Shown one piece after another: positions 1 to 13,086 of a stretch of 64,000 nucleotides of DNA. Source of the stretch: Octopus sinensis (Eukaryota). Within the stretch, counting starts at the first letter, position 1. Each line of letters begins with the position of its first letter. The notes beneath the pieces are model-generated. The model made no database searches. It had not been told where the DNA came from and saw nothing but the letters and a program-made list of their open reading frames with translations. A program made the translations under genes and the position numbers. Location: positions 20,398,001-20,462,000 of the forward strand of contig NC_042999.1 of assembly GCF_006345805.1 (NCBI RefSeq). Reading direction: 5' to 3'.

Positions 1-184
1 CTATCTATGGATTTTGTCTTCCCAGTTTAACTGCTTGTGCCGTTTTTGGTATTATTTCCTTTCACTATATCCACCATTAATACAACAACCACCGCTTTCT
101 ACCAACTGAAAATATTTCTATATCCATTTTAACTCTATCGCATCTTTTTAGAATTAATCTTTGCTTTATGAAACAAATTCTGCT

Positions 185-407
185 GTGGCACACACAGACA
201 CACACTTGCGTACACACTGACGAGCCTACATATACGTTTGTGCGTTACCACACGCCTACAACGCGCATACATATGCACACACACACAAACACACAAATAT
301 ACACACATACATATATATATGTATGTACACCGCCCATGGATATAATAAATTTATGCATTCATATTAGACATAAGCACAGGTATACACACATGTATATATG
401 TGCATGC

Positions 408-439
<32 letters not shown>

Positions 440-591
440 GACTTTATTCTTTATACTCATCTCACACATACATGTGTATTCGTATATAAATTTATATATA
501 TATATACATATCTATATATAAAAAAAAAATATATATATATATGACTTTGTACTATATACACATCTCACACATAATGTGTATTCGTATATGA

Positions 592-641
<50 letters not shown>

Positions 642-650
642 TTATATATA
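185..650. repeat. Compound (CA)n/(TA)n microsatellite region
   Basis: Direct reading; explains the spurious HTHIYIY ORF at 168-521. Confidence 0.9.
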
Positions 651-1744
651 TTCATACGCGAGCATGTCAAGATTTTTGTTCATATATGTGGAACGAGGAG
701 AGGAGGAAAAAGAGAGATATGGAGAGCGTTTTTGTTACGAGATTTTTGAAAATCAGCAATAAATGACACTTAGAATATATTTAGAAGATTTATTCATCAA
801 AATGCGTATTAACAATAGTAAAACTGACTACTGTATTGGCAAAGAAATATATACGTTTTCATTTTTCATTAATATCATTATCTATCTGTCCGTTTCAATT
901 CCAATTTGTTTCTCTTCTTTTCTATCTTCCTTACTGCCTATTCGTCTGTTGTTCTTTCCATCAACCTATATTTCTGTCAATATCCTTTTTTTTGTTTCGT
1001 TTTGAGTTAGTCTTTTGCAAGGTGGGTCAGTTTCTGTGACCTTTTTCTGGGTCTACCAAACCGGTGATAGATCGATGCAGTTGATATTCCTGCTTGAACA
1101 GTTGTAGGTCAATGGTTTCAGGAAAAGTGAGAGATTGGGTAGGGCGTTACAGATGATTGATCTATCCATAAAACTATACGAAGTGACTACTACCGGTTCT
1201 GTTGGCAATGACACATCGCGGTTGACAGGACAAGGAACGATATGTGCTTCAGATAAACCTGAGTGGAAAATATATACAGCAAGCTATATATTTCAAAGAT
1301 AGTAACGATCATTTTTAGTATCGATATGAGAGGCAAACAGAAAGCCATGCTTCTATGAGTCACTCGCTGTAATATGTCGGAAGATAGAAATGCTTCTTCC
1401 AGTCAGTCGAATGATCATCCTTTGGAGGCATTTGAAGATATCTCTATCATTGTTTCTTTTACTTTATTTCACTCCATTTTCTCAAAGCTTCCCTTTTCTT
1501 CTGTCTATCTATCTCTCTTCTTTAGAATCACATGTGTAGCATTGTTCGTTTAGTGGAATTATTGGCAATCACCCTGATGTTCGGACATCGTGCGTTTCCA
1601 TTTAAACCGATCTCTGCGTTTTGTTGAAACTAATGAAATTAGCATTGTTAGTGAAAACACTAATATTTACAGCAGTGTCGCTTACCACACTTTTTTAATA
1701 TCAATCCATTCAAGAATAGTCATACGAATGATAAATTATTATCT

Positions 1745-2320
<576 letters not shown>

Positions 2321-2354
2321 TTCAAATGTCTTCACATTTTCGGTGGGAGTAGTT

Positions 2355-2538
2355 TAGTCGATTACATCGCCCCCCCCCCAGCAGGGTTCGACTGGTACTG
2401 ATTTTATAGACCCCGAAAAGATAAAAGGCAAAGACGACTCCAGTGGCATTTGAACTCAGAAGGTGAAGATGAACGAAATGCCGCTAAGCATGTTTGCCCA
2501 GCGTTCTAATGATTCCTGATTCTGCTAGATTGCCACCT
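2355..2538 (-). mobile_element. SINE family A, degenerate copy
   Basis: GACCCCGAAAAGATAAAAGGCAAAG...TTTGAACTCAGAA matches the reverse complement of the family A core and B box. Confidence 0.8.
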
Positions 2539-2539
2539 T

Positions 2540-4450
2540 TGAAACCAAAGCTCCTAAAACTATCGGCCCATAACATGTTTATCTACTACTTATATAAAAT
2601 TTCAACATCCATTATCGTGGAGAAAACATACACATTTATGGAATAGAACGATATTTTCCCAACGGAACCAAAAAAAAAGACAGCCGATGAGGTTCATATG
2701 GATGCAAAGATTAACTCCTAATCAAGCGTATAGGTCTTAAGGTCTGTCATAACAAATGCAGAATTCTCATTTCTGCATGATTGATTATAAAGAGGCCATT
2801 GATAGCAAACAGCATTCATAGATCTTCAAATCGCTAGATATTTTCAAAAATTCTCCTGTGAGTTCAAACTTCCTGAAGCACATGTCAGTGTGGAATACGA
2901 ATCTCCAATTATACCACTCTAATAGAGTACTGACCTCAAATAGTATTAATATCAACAACGGAATTTTCCAAGGTGACTCAATTTCATTATTAATTTTCTG
3001 CATCGCCCTAATGCCCCTTACAAGTGAACTTAGCAGAACAGGGTATAACTATACAATTGATAATAAGAAAATGAGCTGTCTACTTTATATTCATGATTTA
3101 TAACTCTTCAACAATGATGAGCTTCAAGGACAATTCCGTTCGTTGAAAGCATTCAGAGATGACATCTGGGTGGAATTTAATCTTGATAAATGTGCCAAGC
3201 CACTTTCCAGAAAGAGAAATTAAAGACCTCGAATTCAGTCGTGTTATATATTGGGACACTTATAAAACAACTTGAGCAGGAACAAACTTACAGATACCTC
3301 GGAATGAATGAAGGTCGAACAGTCATGAAATCTGAGTTAAATGCACGTAAACAGGTGTTAGTCATCAATTCTGTAGCGGTTTTAGATGTTATTTATAGCT
3401 TCAAATTGTTGAACTGGAATATCAGTGAAATAAGGAAATTTGACAGGAAAACTGGTGAGCTGTTGACTTGCAATACGATGCACCACTCAAAGGGAGACAT
3501 GGATCGTCTTTACATTCCCAGATCCCAAAGATGTCGAGCCTTGATCTAATTTGAAATCTCTTACAGAACCACTGGATGCTGAAAATCGTGAGAAGCTTCA
3601 TTCTGTCATGAAGGAGAGCAAAAATTTATTATTGAGTTTATGCATAATATCCAGGTAGAACAGCATGATGGAAGTGCGGTAACCGTCGTTGCAAAAGTGA
3701 TATCAATGGTACAGAAAAACGTGTTTGAGCAATTAGCTAATAGGTGGGAACAAAAACCTCTGCATGGCAAATATGTGGTATGTAGAAAACAAGTTGGTGT
3801 GAGCCACAAGCACACCCATCATTAGCTTCGCAACTTATATCTAAAAGCAGAGAGTGAAGGCTTCATCTTGGCTGCTTAAGATCAAAGCATATTGACCTGG
3901 AACTACCAATCCAATGTGATGAATAATAGTGCCGATACGGCAACGATGAGATTGAAACAGTGGACCAGCTAATCTTTGGGAGTACGGTTTAGCACCAGTA
4001 GAGTATAAATGAAGACATGACAGAGTTGGCCAATATCTACACTGGATAATATGTCGGCATTATAAAATCAAAACTGCTGACAAATGGTACAAGACTGCAA
4101 CTGATGAGGGAAAATGTAACGATTCTTTGGGACTTTCCAGTATATACAAACTGGACCATCAAAGCTAATAAACCAGATATTGTTGTGAAAGACCAAAAAA
4201 ATTAACTCTGTTTATTAATTGACATGAGTATACCTTGTGATCATAATATCTTGGCAAAAGAATTTGATAATTTCAAGAAAATATAAAGATTTGCTGATTG
4301 AAATCGAAAAACTGTGGCATCTCAAGACGGTTACAATACCAATGATTGTAGGAATATATGAATTGATCAAAAAAAGAACTGAAAATTATTTGAAAATGGT
4401 TCCTGGCTTACCATTTATGCAGGAAGTAGAAAGGATTGCCTTAACTGGTA
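2540..4450 (+). pseudogene. Decayed non-LTR retrotransposon ORF (R4/Dong-like; RT + CCHC + restriction-like endonuclease)
   Basis: Motifs in the expected order across frameshifts and stops: NYRPITCL, IDYK.A.DS, GIFQGDSISLLIFCIALMPL, LLYIHDL (YMDD-like), YRYLG, RLYIPR, W..KPLHGKY, EGFILAA*DQ, CR...ETVDQLI, RHD..GQYLHW, WDFPV..., NKPDIVV, KYKDL.IE...W...V.IP.IVG. Confidence 0.9.
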
Positions 4451-5389
4451 TGAAAATCGACTGGACCCCTCCCCATAAATTTGGGGCCTTGTGCCTAGAA
4501 TAGAAAAGAATAAAAATAATGCAGGCCACATGACTAGAGATATATCTCAAACATACTCCACGTATATCCTTTTAATAAGGCATTTATAAACACTTTGATA
4601 TTTCAATCGCTATGGTATTTAGGTCTCTTTATAATTTAGCGAAAAAAATATAATTGACTGTATTTTCATTTGTGTTTTTCTGCGCTCCTCGAGTACAATA
4701 AAAGAACGAACTATTTCCGAAAAAGAATGGACGCTATTGATGAAAGAATAGACTGTTTTCAACAATCTGACACGAAAAGAAGTCCTGGAGAAAAAGAAAT
4801 GAACCACTTTTAATCACTCAAATATCCGACCAGTTGAAGTTGCTGCTCTTCATCTGGTGGTAATGAAAGAGTATTGTGTATTAGGAGCTCCTTCGGCAAA
4901 ATTAGACGATGAATTCGAACGATTATTCTTCCAAATTCGACCGCAAAATCGATGCAACACGTCCAGAAATTGTTAATTGCAAGAATGTCGTCTTCTTTCA
5001 GAACAACGCTTGACGTCATGTTTTCTTGCAGTCGTAGCCCACCCACCACACTCACCGATCATACCTGAGCTTACACCTTGACCCCAACCCACACCCCACC
5101 CTTGCTTTCCACACTCTCGCCTCCCCACACCCCAACACCACCACACCACACACAACCCTACCACACCACACCATCTCACACCACCTCGCACACACTAGCA
5201 CTGATCAATTCCCAGCACCTTACAGCATCATCCACACACATACGCATGCACACGTCAAGGTCACCAGCCCCCATCCACACGCACATACACGTTCTCACAT
5301 ACACACACACGCACACCATCGTTTTGGGATCACCACTACTTTATTATTTTTCCTTCTTCCTAGCTCTCCTGTGTGATCCCTCTGTTCAG

Positions 5390-5564
5390 CATTCGCCATG
5401 ATAGATCGCTAGCCACTATACCTTAATATATTTTCTCTCCCTGTTTATTTCTTTGTTCCATTCTGTTGAAAACCGTTGGCTCGAAACGTAAAAGACTTTC
5501 ACACTTCCAGAGCGTTAAACTAATAGATCTGTTTCTTGTTTATTTGCTTCTTTGTAAATTCTCG

Positions 5565-5566
<2 letters not shown>
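5390..5566 (+). repeat. Interspersed repeat ending in (TA)n, with a degenerate hammerhead-like motif; related 3' fragment at 53115-53210
   Basis: CACTTCC.GAGCGT.AA.CTAATA.ATCTG...TGTAAATT..C..CTATATA is shared with 53120-53210. Confidence 0.55.
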
Positions 5567-5609
<43 letters not shown>

Positions 5610-5635
5610 TTCATTACACACTCACAGACACACAC

Positions 5636-5698
<63 letters not shown>

Positions 5699-5704
5699 CA
5701 TGCT

Positions 5705-5945
5705 CTTTTACTCTTTTACTTGTTTCAATCATTTGACTGCAGCCATGCTGGAGCACCGCCTTTAGTCGAAGTGGCAACCCCAGGACTTATTCTTTGTAAG
5801 CCTAGTACTTATTCAACGCCGGTCTCTTTTGCCGAACCGCTAGGTTACGAGGACATAAACACACCAGCAACGGTTGGCAAGCGATGTTGGGGGACGAACA
5901 CAGACACACAAACACACACACACACGCACACACACACACATATAT
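5705..5945 (-). mobile_element. SINE family B, 3' half
   Basis: CTCTTTTACTTGTTTCA.TCATTTGACTGC.GCCATGCTGGAGCACCGCCTTTAGTCGA family B tail. Confidence 0.9.
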
Positions 5946-6238
5946 ACACACGCATAGAAGCACACACATATTGCATATTATACCGCTGCTGCCGCTGCGC
6001 ATATTTCCGAAGCGGAGTATTTCAACGTAAATTCCAATATATTTTGTAAACGTTGAAGCTGGTGAGAGAGATAACCAATTAAATATTGATTTCTTACGTT
6101 GACTCTCATTCAGAAATATCTTGGTCTTTCGCCAATGTTAGAAATCATAATTATTATAATTAAAGTAAAATAATTAAAGAAACTAATACAAATTGGCACT
6201 AATTATACGAATACGATTACCTTAAGAAGAAAAACTAT

Positions 6239-6248
6239 AATAATAATG

Positions 6249-6319
<71 letters not shown>

Positions 6320-6363
6320 CATTAATTTCATTATTATTATTTATCATTATTATTATTATTTTA

Positions 6364-6417
<54 letters not shown>

Positions 6418-6490
6418 CATTATTATTATTATCATTATTATGTTATTATTATTATTATTACTATTATTATTATTATTATTATTATTACTA

Positions 6491-6562
<72 letters not shown>

Positions 6563-6572
6563 CATTATTATT
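6239..6572. repeat. (AAT)n switching to (ATT)n microsatellite
   Basis: Direct reading; strand switch near 6285. Confidence 0.95.
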
Positions 6573-7082
6573 GCAATTTTGTAAATATGATGATAATGTC
6601 ATGGTATGTATCTATACACTCCGAAAAAATTTTACCATTTAATAACTTCTAATATAATTTCAAACAGTCTTTAATGATCACTATTCCGCTTAAATAATGA
6701 ACGGATTGCGTGGCTAGTTCAAACACCTACACTGAAGGAATTTAATAAAAAGGAAGAGAGAATGAGAGAGGGAGAGAGAAAGAGACAGACGGATATATCC
6801 TTCGACGGTAAATAAAGTTCTTGAACAGTGAAGCTACACACTTCTGCCTTAAATATTTGTGAATTTGGACAATACATTTCGTAGTTTTGACTGACTGCGA
6901 TCGACTTAGCTCTACAGAACAACAAAGAAAGCTTATTAGAAAAATCCGGTGAATGAAGGGTTCGGCGCACGTAGGACTGCTTAAGGAAAAAAAATTACTT
7001 CAAATCACAAAATAACGATTTACAGCAAAACATGTCAGTATGGAGCATTGAGTCCCATGTATAAAATTCCGCCGCTCTTTCT

Positions 7083-7089
7083 GTATATG

Positions 7090-7122
<33 letters not shown>

Positions 7123-7141
7123 CACACACACACACACACAC

Positions 7142-7175
<34 letters not shown>

Positions 7176-7402
7176 ATATATATATATATATACATATATG
7201 TATACATATATACATACATATATATATATATATGTGTGGTGTGTGTGTGTATTTTTGCGATTATGTAGGTGATTATGTATTTAGATACATACATGTATAC
7301 ATTCATATATACATACATAAATGTATATGCATAACATAATGTATATATGTATATATATATGTATATGTGTATATATATATATATATAAATGTATATGTAT
7401 AT

Positions 7403-7462
<60 letters not shown>

Positions 7463-7515
7463 GTGTCTGTGTGTGTGTGTGTGTGTTGTGTGTATATGTG
7501 TATGTATGTATGTAT
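7083..7515. repeat. (TA)/(CA)/(TG) compound microsatellite
   Basis: Direct reading. Confidence 0.9.
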
Positions 7516-7658
7516 GCTACCGATTGCTTGTTACACGCTCAGTTTCTTCTTCATTCCATCATCTATTCTATGTGGAATATGCACATCCTTCCCTCTTGCA
7601 ATCGTGACAAACAAATAAAGTTAGTTTCAATCATACACCAAACCACTAACCCTTCAAA

Positions 7659-7895
7659 ACCACCACCACCACCACCATCACCACCACTACCACCTACGCC
7701 ACCACCACCACCACCACCACCACCACCACCACCATCATCACCACCACCACCACCACCACCACTACCACCACCACCACCATCGCCACCACCACCACCGCCA
7801 CCATCACCACCACCACCACCACCACCACCACCACCACCACTACCACCACCACTACCATCCCCACCACTACTACCTACGCCATCACCTCCACCACC
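7659..7895. repeat. (CCA)n imperfect microsatellite
   Basis: Direct reading; source of the poly-Pro ORF 7321-7950. Confidence 0.9.
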
Positions 7896-9499
7896 CTTGG
7901 CATCTCTTCCACCAATTCTCTTTACCGTTACGAAGGAAACAGAAATTTGAAGTGGCTGCTTCTTTCTATTTTAGAAGTAACCCCATGTTTCAGATTTAGT
8001 CTCTATCAGTTCTTATACAATTTTTTGCCATGTACCTTTATGTATTTATATAATTATATGCTTGCTTACATCTTGCGAGATGTTGTATGGTTTTTGCTTT
8101 TTCGCTTTTTTCTTGCCGATGTTGATCTTGTGTTGCTTTTCCTGTTGTTACCAAAATGTTCTGCACCCATTGACGTTGCAATTGTTGTTGATGTTGCCAT
8201 AAGTTTTATTTATATTTTATTTATATTCTATTCAATTTTTTTTTATATATATTGTGTATAGATTTGCACTTCTAGTCGTGTACGTTGCTGCTCGCTCGTT
8301 TTTTCATTTCTGTCCTGCTTTTCCTCTGCACTCACTTTCTTCTACCACGAAATTGTTGCTTGTCAAAACTAATGGTTACTAATGTTGTTATATGTAGTTA
8401 TGTTGATGTTATTTTTGCGAGATGGTGGTACTGTTGTTTATCACTTCATTGTACAACTGGTTGCTGTTGTTAGTATTTTCCTACTTGTTACTGCACTTTT
8501 ATTATTTTTTTTTATATTTCATTCACTTAATTTTTTTATGGGGGAAGCAGATTCGCCATCTTTTCTCTTCTCTTTTTACTTCATTGTGCGGTTCGTACTG
8601 TTTATCCTATTATTCTTATTTGTGTTTAGCTCATTCAATATTGTTTGTACTTTATTTATTGTTGAGGTTTTTATGCAGTTTTCTGACAAATGCTAGTCTC
8701 TGCAATAGTTGTTGTTGCCGCTATTTACGACCTTGTTACCAAGTTCTGTTGCTGCACTTATATCTACAGCTCTTGGAAATGTTTGCTCCGTTTTTTTTTA
8801 AAATTCCGGTTGTTTTTCTGCTATTTCTGTTGGGGGATTATTATGATTTGCTCATTTTTTCCCCTTCTTCTGTTGTGGTTACTATTTCCCGTTGTTGCAT
8901 CGATTTGTCTTATTTTTTTTTTTATGTATTTTTGTTCCATTTACCACCGTTTGTGTTCGTGGTGTTCTTTCTATCTAACGTCTCTATTTATACTGCTGCT
9001 ATTTCTATGGATGTCGTTGGTCTTTGTATTGCAGATGTTGCTGTTGTTGTTGTTGTTGACGATAATCCCGGGTGACACTTGAACAAAGACAATACTGCAA
9101 TAATCATCCCGATATTTCAGGGTATGTCGATATCTTTTTAATAATTAGATGTGAAATGAGATTGGGATGCTGTTAAGAAAGCAAGTCGAGGGACCAAGAT
9201 AAAGACACCGATATTTACTATACGCTGATGTCGTTGTTGTTGTTGTTGTTGCTGTTGCCTGTTTTATTGTGGCATTTAGTTCTAGTTAAGCCCTGATTGA
9301 AAAAAAAAGCTGTATAAAAACGACAATTCCGTCTGTTTCCCCTATATAATGGTAACAAAGAAGTATATCACTCTTCTGTTTTGTTTCTTTTCTCTTGTTT
9401 TAGGATGTTAAGATGGGAGAAGATGCTGTGGTGTATTTCTAACAAATCGAGTGACGATATAAAGACACCCAGCTTGGCTCGTGTTGCTGCTGTTTTACT

Positions 9500-9663
9500 G
9501 TCATCATCATCATCATTTGTAGTAGTAGTATTACTAATATTACTGTGATCATCATGACCATCATCATGACCATCATTATACTTATTACTGTTATAATTAT
9601 TGTTATTATTATTATTATTATTATTAACAGTAGTAGTAGTAGTAACAGCAGCAGCAGCAGTAA

Positions 9664-9702
<39 letters not shown>

Positions 9703-9753
9703 AGTAGTAGCAGCAGCAGCAGCAGTAGCATCATCATCATCAGCAGCAGCAGC

Positions 9754-9784
<31 letters not shown>

Positions 9785-9785
9785 A
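9500..9785. repeat. Compound trinucleotide array (CAT/ATT/AGT/AGC)
   Basis: Direct reading. Confidence 0.9.
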
Positions 9786-9945
9786 GGCCGTGAGCTGGCA
9801 GGATATTTAGCGTATTTCGCCCGTCGCTACGTTTTGAGTTCAAATTCCGCGGAGGTAGACTTTACCTTTCATCACTTCGGGGTCGATAAATTAAGTACAA
9901 GTCAAGTACTGGGGGGGGGGATCAATTGTCCCCCTCCCCGCAAAA
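9785..9945 (+). mobile_element. SINE family A
   Basis: GAGCTGGCAG head, GAGTTCAAATTCC B box, CTTTCATC.CTTCGGGGTCGATAAATTAAGTAC core. Confidence 0.85.
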
Positions 9946-10039
9946 ATTCTCTCTCTCTCTCTCTCTTTATTTCTGCACCCTAACGGATGGTAAATAAAAG
10001 ATAGTTACCTTCTCGAGTAACCTGCTCAACACGGCTGGC

Positions 10040-10252
10040 TTCCCGGGTTCTATGGCATATATATTCTCCGCCTGCACAGGACGTGGGTCCATCGCAGGAA
10101 TAGAATACTCATTTCAACCACCTGAGTGGAGTGCAGTAGCGTGAAATGAATCGTTTTGCTCAAGAACACAACGCGTCACCCATTCCAGTAATCGAAACCA
10201 CAATCTTACGATCATGATTCTAACACCCTAACCACTAAGCCATACATCTCCA
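10040..10252 (-). mobile_element. SINE family C variant (tRNA head + V/CORE-like body)
   Basis: Reverse complement gives GGCTTAGTGGTTAGGGTG...GGTTTCGATT.C.GG...GTGTTCTTGAGCAAAAC, as at 48002. Confidence 0.75.
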
Positions 10253-10630
10253 CCAACGGCTGACCGGCTGTCAGCTCTTGTGTGCGTCAGTAAATCATTC
10301 CTACCGGCTGGTCGCCTGCTCGCCAGCTCAATTACTCGCTCACAGCTTGCTTGCAATATCAATAAGTTCTAAACATGCTATGCAGAGCTTCCTTGCATGT
10401 TCTGTGTTTTGCATTAATACTTTAATATTTCGCTACGCCATCACCCGTGATAGAAGAATGCTGAAGGAGATGGTCTAATGTATTAACTTGTTAACTAGAC
10501 TCAAAGTATAATTCACACCCAGTTTCTTGTCCAGTCGGATTCTCTGTATTCGGAACTAGACCCGAAGGGTTCAGCAAACATCTGAAGAGCATAAATCAAT
10601 CATTAATCAAGCATAAATCAATCATTAATC

Positions 10631-10850
10631 CGTTTCTTTTATTACCCAAAAGTGACTAAATATAGAGGAGACAAACAGATTAAGTCGATTACATCGAGCC
10701 CAGTGCGTAACTGGTACTAAATTTATCGATCCCGAAAGGATGAAAGGCAAAGTCGACCTCAACGGAATTTGAACTCAGAACGTAACAGCAGACGAAATAC
10801 GGCTACGCATTTCGCCGGGTGTGCTAACGGTTCTGCCAGCTCGCAGCCTT
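10631..10850 (-). mobile_element. SINE family A flanked by a ~20 bp target-site duplication
   Basis: Family A body; GCATAAATCAATCATT(A/G)ATC at 10611-10630 and 10854-10873. Confidence 0.9.
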
Positions 10851-11404
10851 ATCGCATAAATCAATCATTGATCAGGGACGTATGTAGGAGGTATACAATA
10901 GATGACCTCCGTCTGCACGTTCGCTTTCATTTCTTCGTAAAATAGATGTTTAATCTGTCAAATTCACCATCATCTTAATTTAAGCAATGACGAATCTAGA
11001 TAAACCTATTCATTTCTAATTTAGCTTTAACATAAGTATATATTTGCGACATTAGTAAAAAAGACAAAACAGACAGTTCTTTCCGTTACGTTGCTATGGT
11101 TCTTTTCATAATGTATTCTAGGGCGATAGCAACCAATACAACATTTGGTTCACAAAGAGGGAAGGGCTGTTTGATGTTCCCGCTTTCATTTGATATATAA
11201 CATAGTCTAGGTCAGATCGAAACGATAGTCAAGATGAATTAGTTTCAAAGCTGTATTTTGTGTATCATTTCCGTCATGATTTTTTTTCTTTACCAAACAC
11301 TAAATTCCAAGCCATTAAGTGCTAGCTTAAGTGTTTGCTTATGTGTCTCAAGAACACCGAAGCTAAAATAATTTGTAATGCACTGTTAATATTTCTTTAC
11401 CGTA

Positions 11405-11610
11405 TGAAAGCAGGATTGTTAGCACTCCGGTTAAAGTACTTAGCGGTATTTCTTCCGTTTTTACGTTCTGAGTTTAAATCCTGCCGTGGTCATCTTTGCC
11501 TTTCGCCTTATCGGGGACGATGAAGTAAGTACCAATTTATCACTGGGGTCGAATTAAAGGACTTACCCTTGCCCTCGAAATTACTGGCCTTGTGCTAAAT
11601 TTTGAAACTA
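11405..11610 (+). mobile_element. SINE family A, degenerate
   Basis: TTAGCGGTATTTC..., GTTCTGAGTTTAAATCC, CTTTGCCTTTC, AAGTACCA, CTGGGGTCGA. Confidence 0.75.
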
Positions 11611-11767
11611 ATATTTCTTCGTCGTATGTGATGCATATCGGTCCTGGTTTTTCTGGGTTTTTTTCTTTTTAATATTTTCTAGCAATAGATTAGGCCTAAT
11701 CGAGCAAACCTATGATCAAAGTCATTCAAGCCATGAGTAACCCACCATTTATTCAGCACTACATTCA

Positions 11768-12021
11768 CAGAATTATTTACAATGGACGGACAGGTGTCCA
11801 CATCTTTGTTCTTATCACACGGTTTCAGGTGTTTTGGAGGAATTTATTTGACTAATGGGATACACTGTTCGCATTCAAATAAAAGTTTGTGTTCGAAATT
11901 CCCCCAGAACACCTGATGAAGGCTGGAGAGTACATCAGCCGAAACAAACAAGGTGGGGGACACATATCCATCCATTGTAAATAATGTTTATAATTCCTCA
12001 TTCCCCCAATATAGTACATGT
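11768..12021. mobile_element. Family D foldback element, locus 1 (degenerate; hammerhead remnant on the right arm)
   Basis: Left arm 11768-11845 is the reverse complement of right-arm sequence; right arm has AACAC CTGATGA A GGCTG...CAGCC GAAAC; both arms match the 20.8-21.35 kb locus. Confidence 0.75.
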
Positions 12022-13086
12022 ACAGCATATCTTTTGTTTAAATACAATATGGGAAAATAAATTTGGCTGCTATTTTAGAAGATTGATCAACTACAAAGAT
12101 AATCCACCATTAGCTTAGTGTTAACCTATTTTGTGTGCATGTGCACAGAATGTGTGAGTAATTTTATTTAATTTAATTTGGAGCAGAGAAAGACTGGTAA
12201 AGACAGCACCCATCTGTCTTTACATCATCACTGTCTCCGGGTGTGATGAGCGGAAGGGAGGAAATTATTATGAGACTTGCTCCAATGCATTTCACAGAAT
12301 GAACTCCAATAAAAATACCAAAGGATAACGCAGTGGTGTTAAACAGGGTGACAGATTACGACAACTATTAAACAGCTCAGAATGCAAATTGCTGAAACAT
12401 TTACCCGATTCATTTCAACTGACCTTTTAGTAATTTCACGAATCCGTAATTCTGCAAGAGTTTATATTTTCTTCTAACAGGAATGATTTGAGAGATATTT
12501 TTCTACCTTGTTTAGCAAGTCGGTCGAACGCTTATAAATCTTGGTTTTCGCCTAAAATTTCCCCTCCTGCTTTGAAGTCTTTTCTTTGCCTCTTTTAATC
12601 ATGGAGGGGTTATTGATAAAAAAAACTAATGTCGCTATTGCTTCAGATACATTACCAAACGATAATCGTTGTGTTCATCTGTGTGCTGAGATCAATTCTC
12701 TCCAAGGTCGTCTTTACCTTTCATCTTTAGGAGGCGACAACTCAACCTCTTTCTTTCTCCCATTCTCTCCTACTCTCAAACGCTTCATCCGTCTGTCGGT
12801 CTCTCTGTCTCGCACCCCACTCTCTTCCCTCTCTACGTCTATCTATTCATTCTTCTGCTTATCTCACTCCCTCTCTTTCTCTCATTCTTTTTCTGCCTCA
12901 GTCTATCTGTTTCCATTTGTCTGTATACCTACCTGTCTGTCTGTCTATCTCTCTCCCTCCTCTCTCTCCCCCTGTTTGTATCTGTAACTCGGAGGCTTTC
13001 GACCGGGATCGACATCAGATTTTGTTGTTAAAATTTATGAGTAAATTGCGTGTACTTCTATAATACACAAAATATTTCAACAATTT

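Noticed and set aside
1020-1259. Minus-strand open frames after a good acceptor, one containing LTFPETIDL (USP-like)
   Set aside because: No convincing donor or further family motifs; two frames are equally plausible.
4810-5055. Complex-looking 81-aa minus-strand ORF
   Set aside because: No recognisable motif or clear splice sites.
7321-7950. Formin/extensin-like poly-proline ORF
   Set aside because: Built from (TA)n and (CCA)n microsatellites; no adjacent FH2 or other domain.
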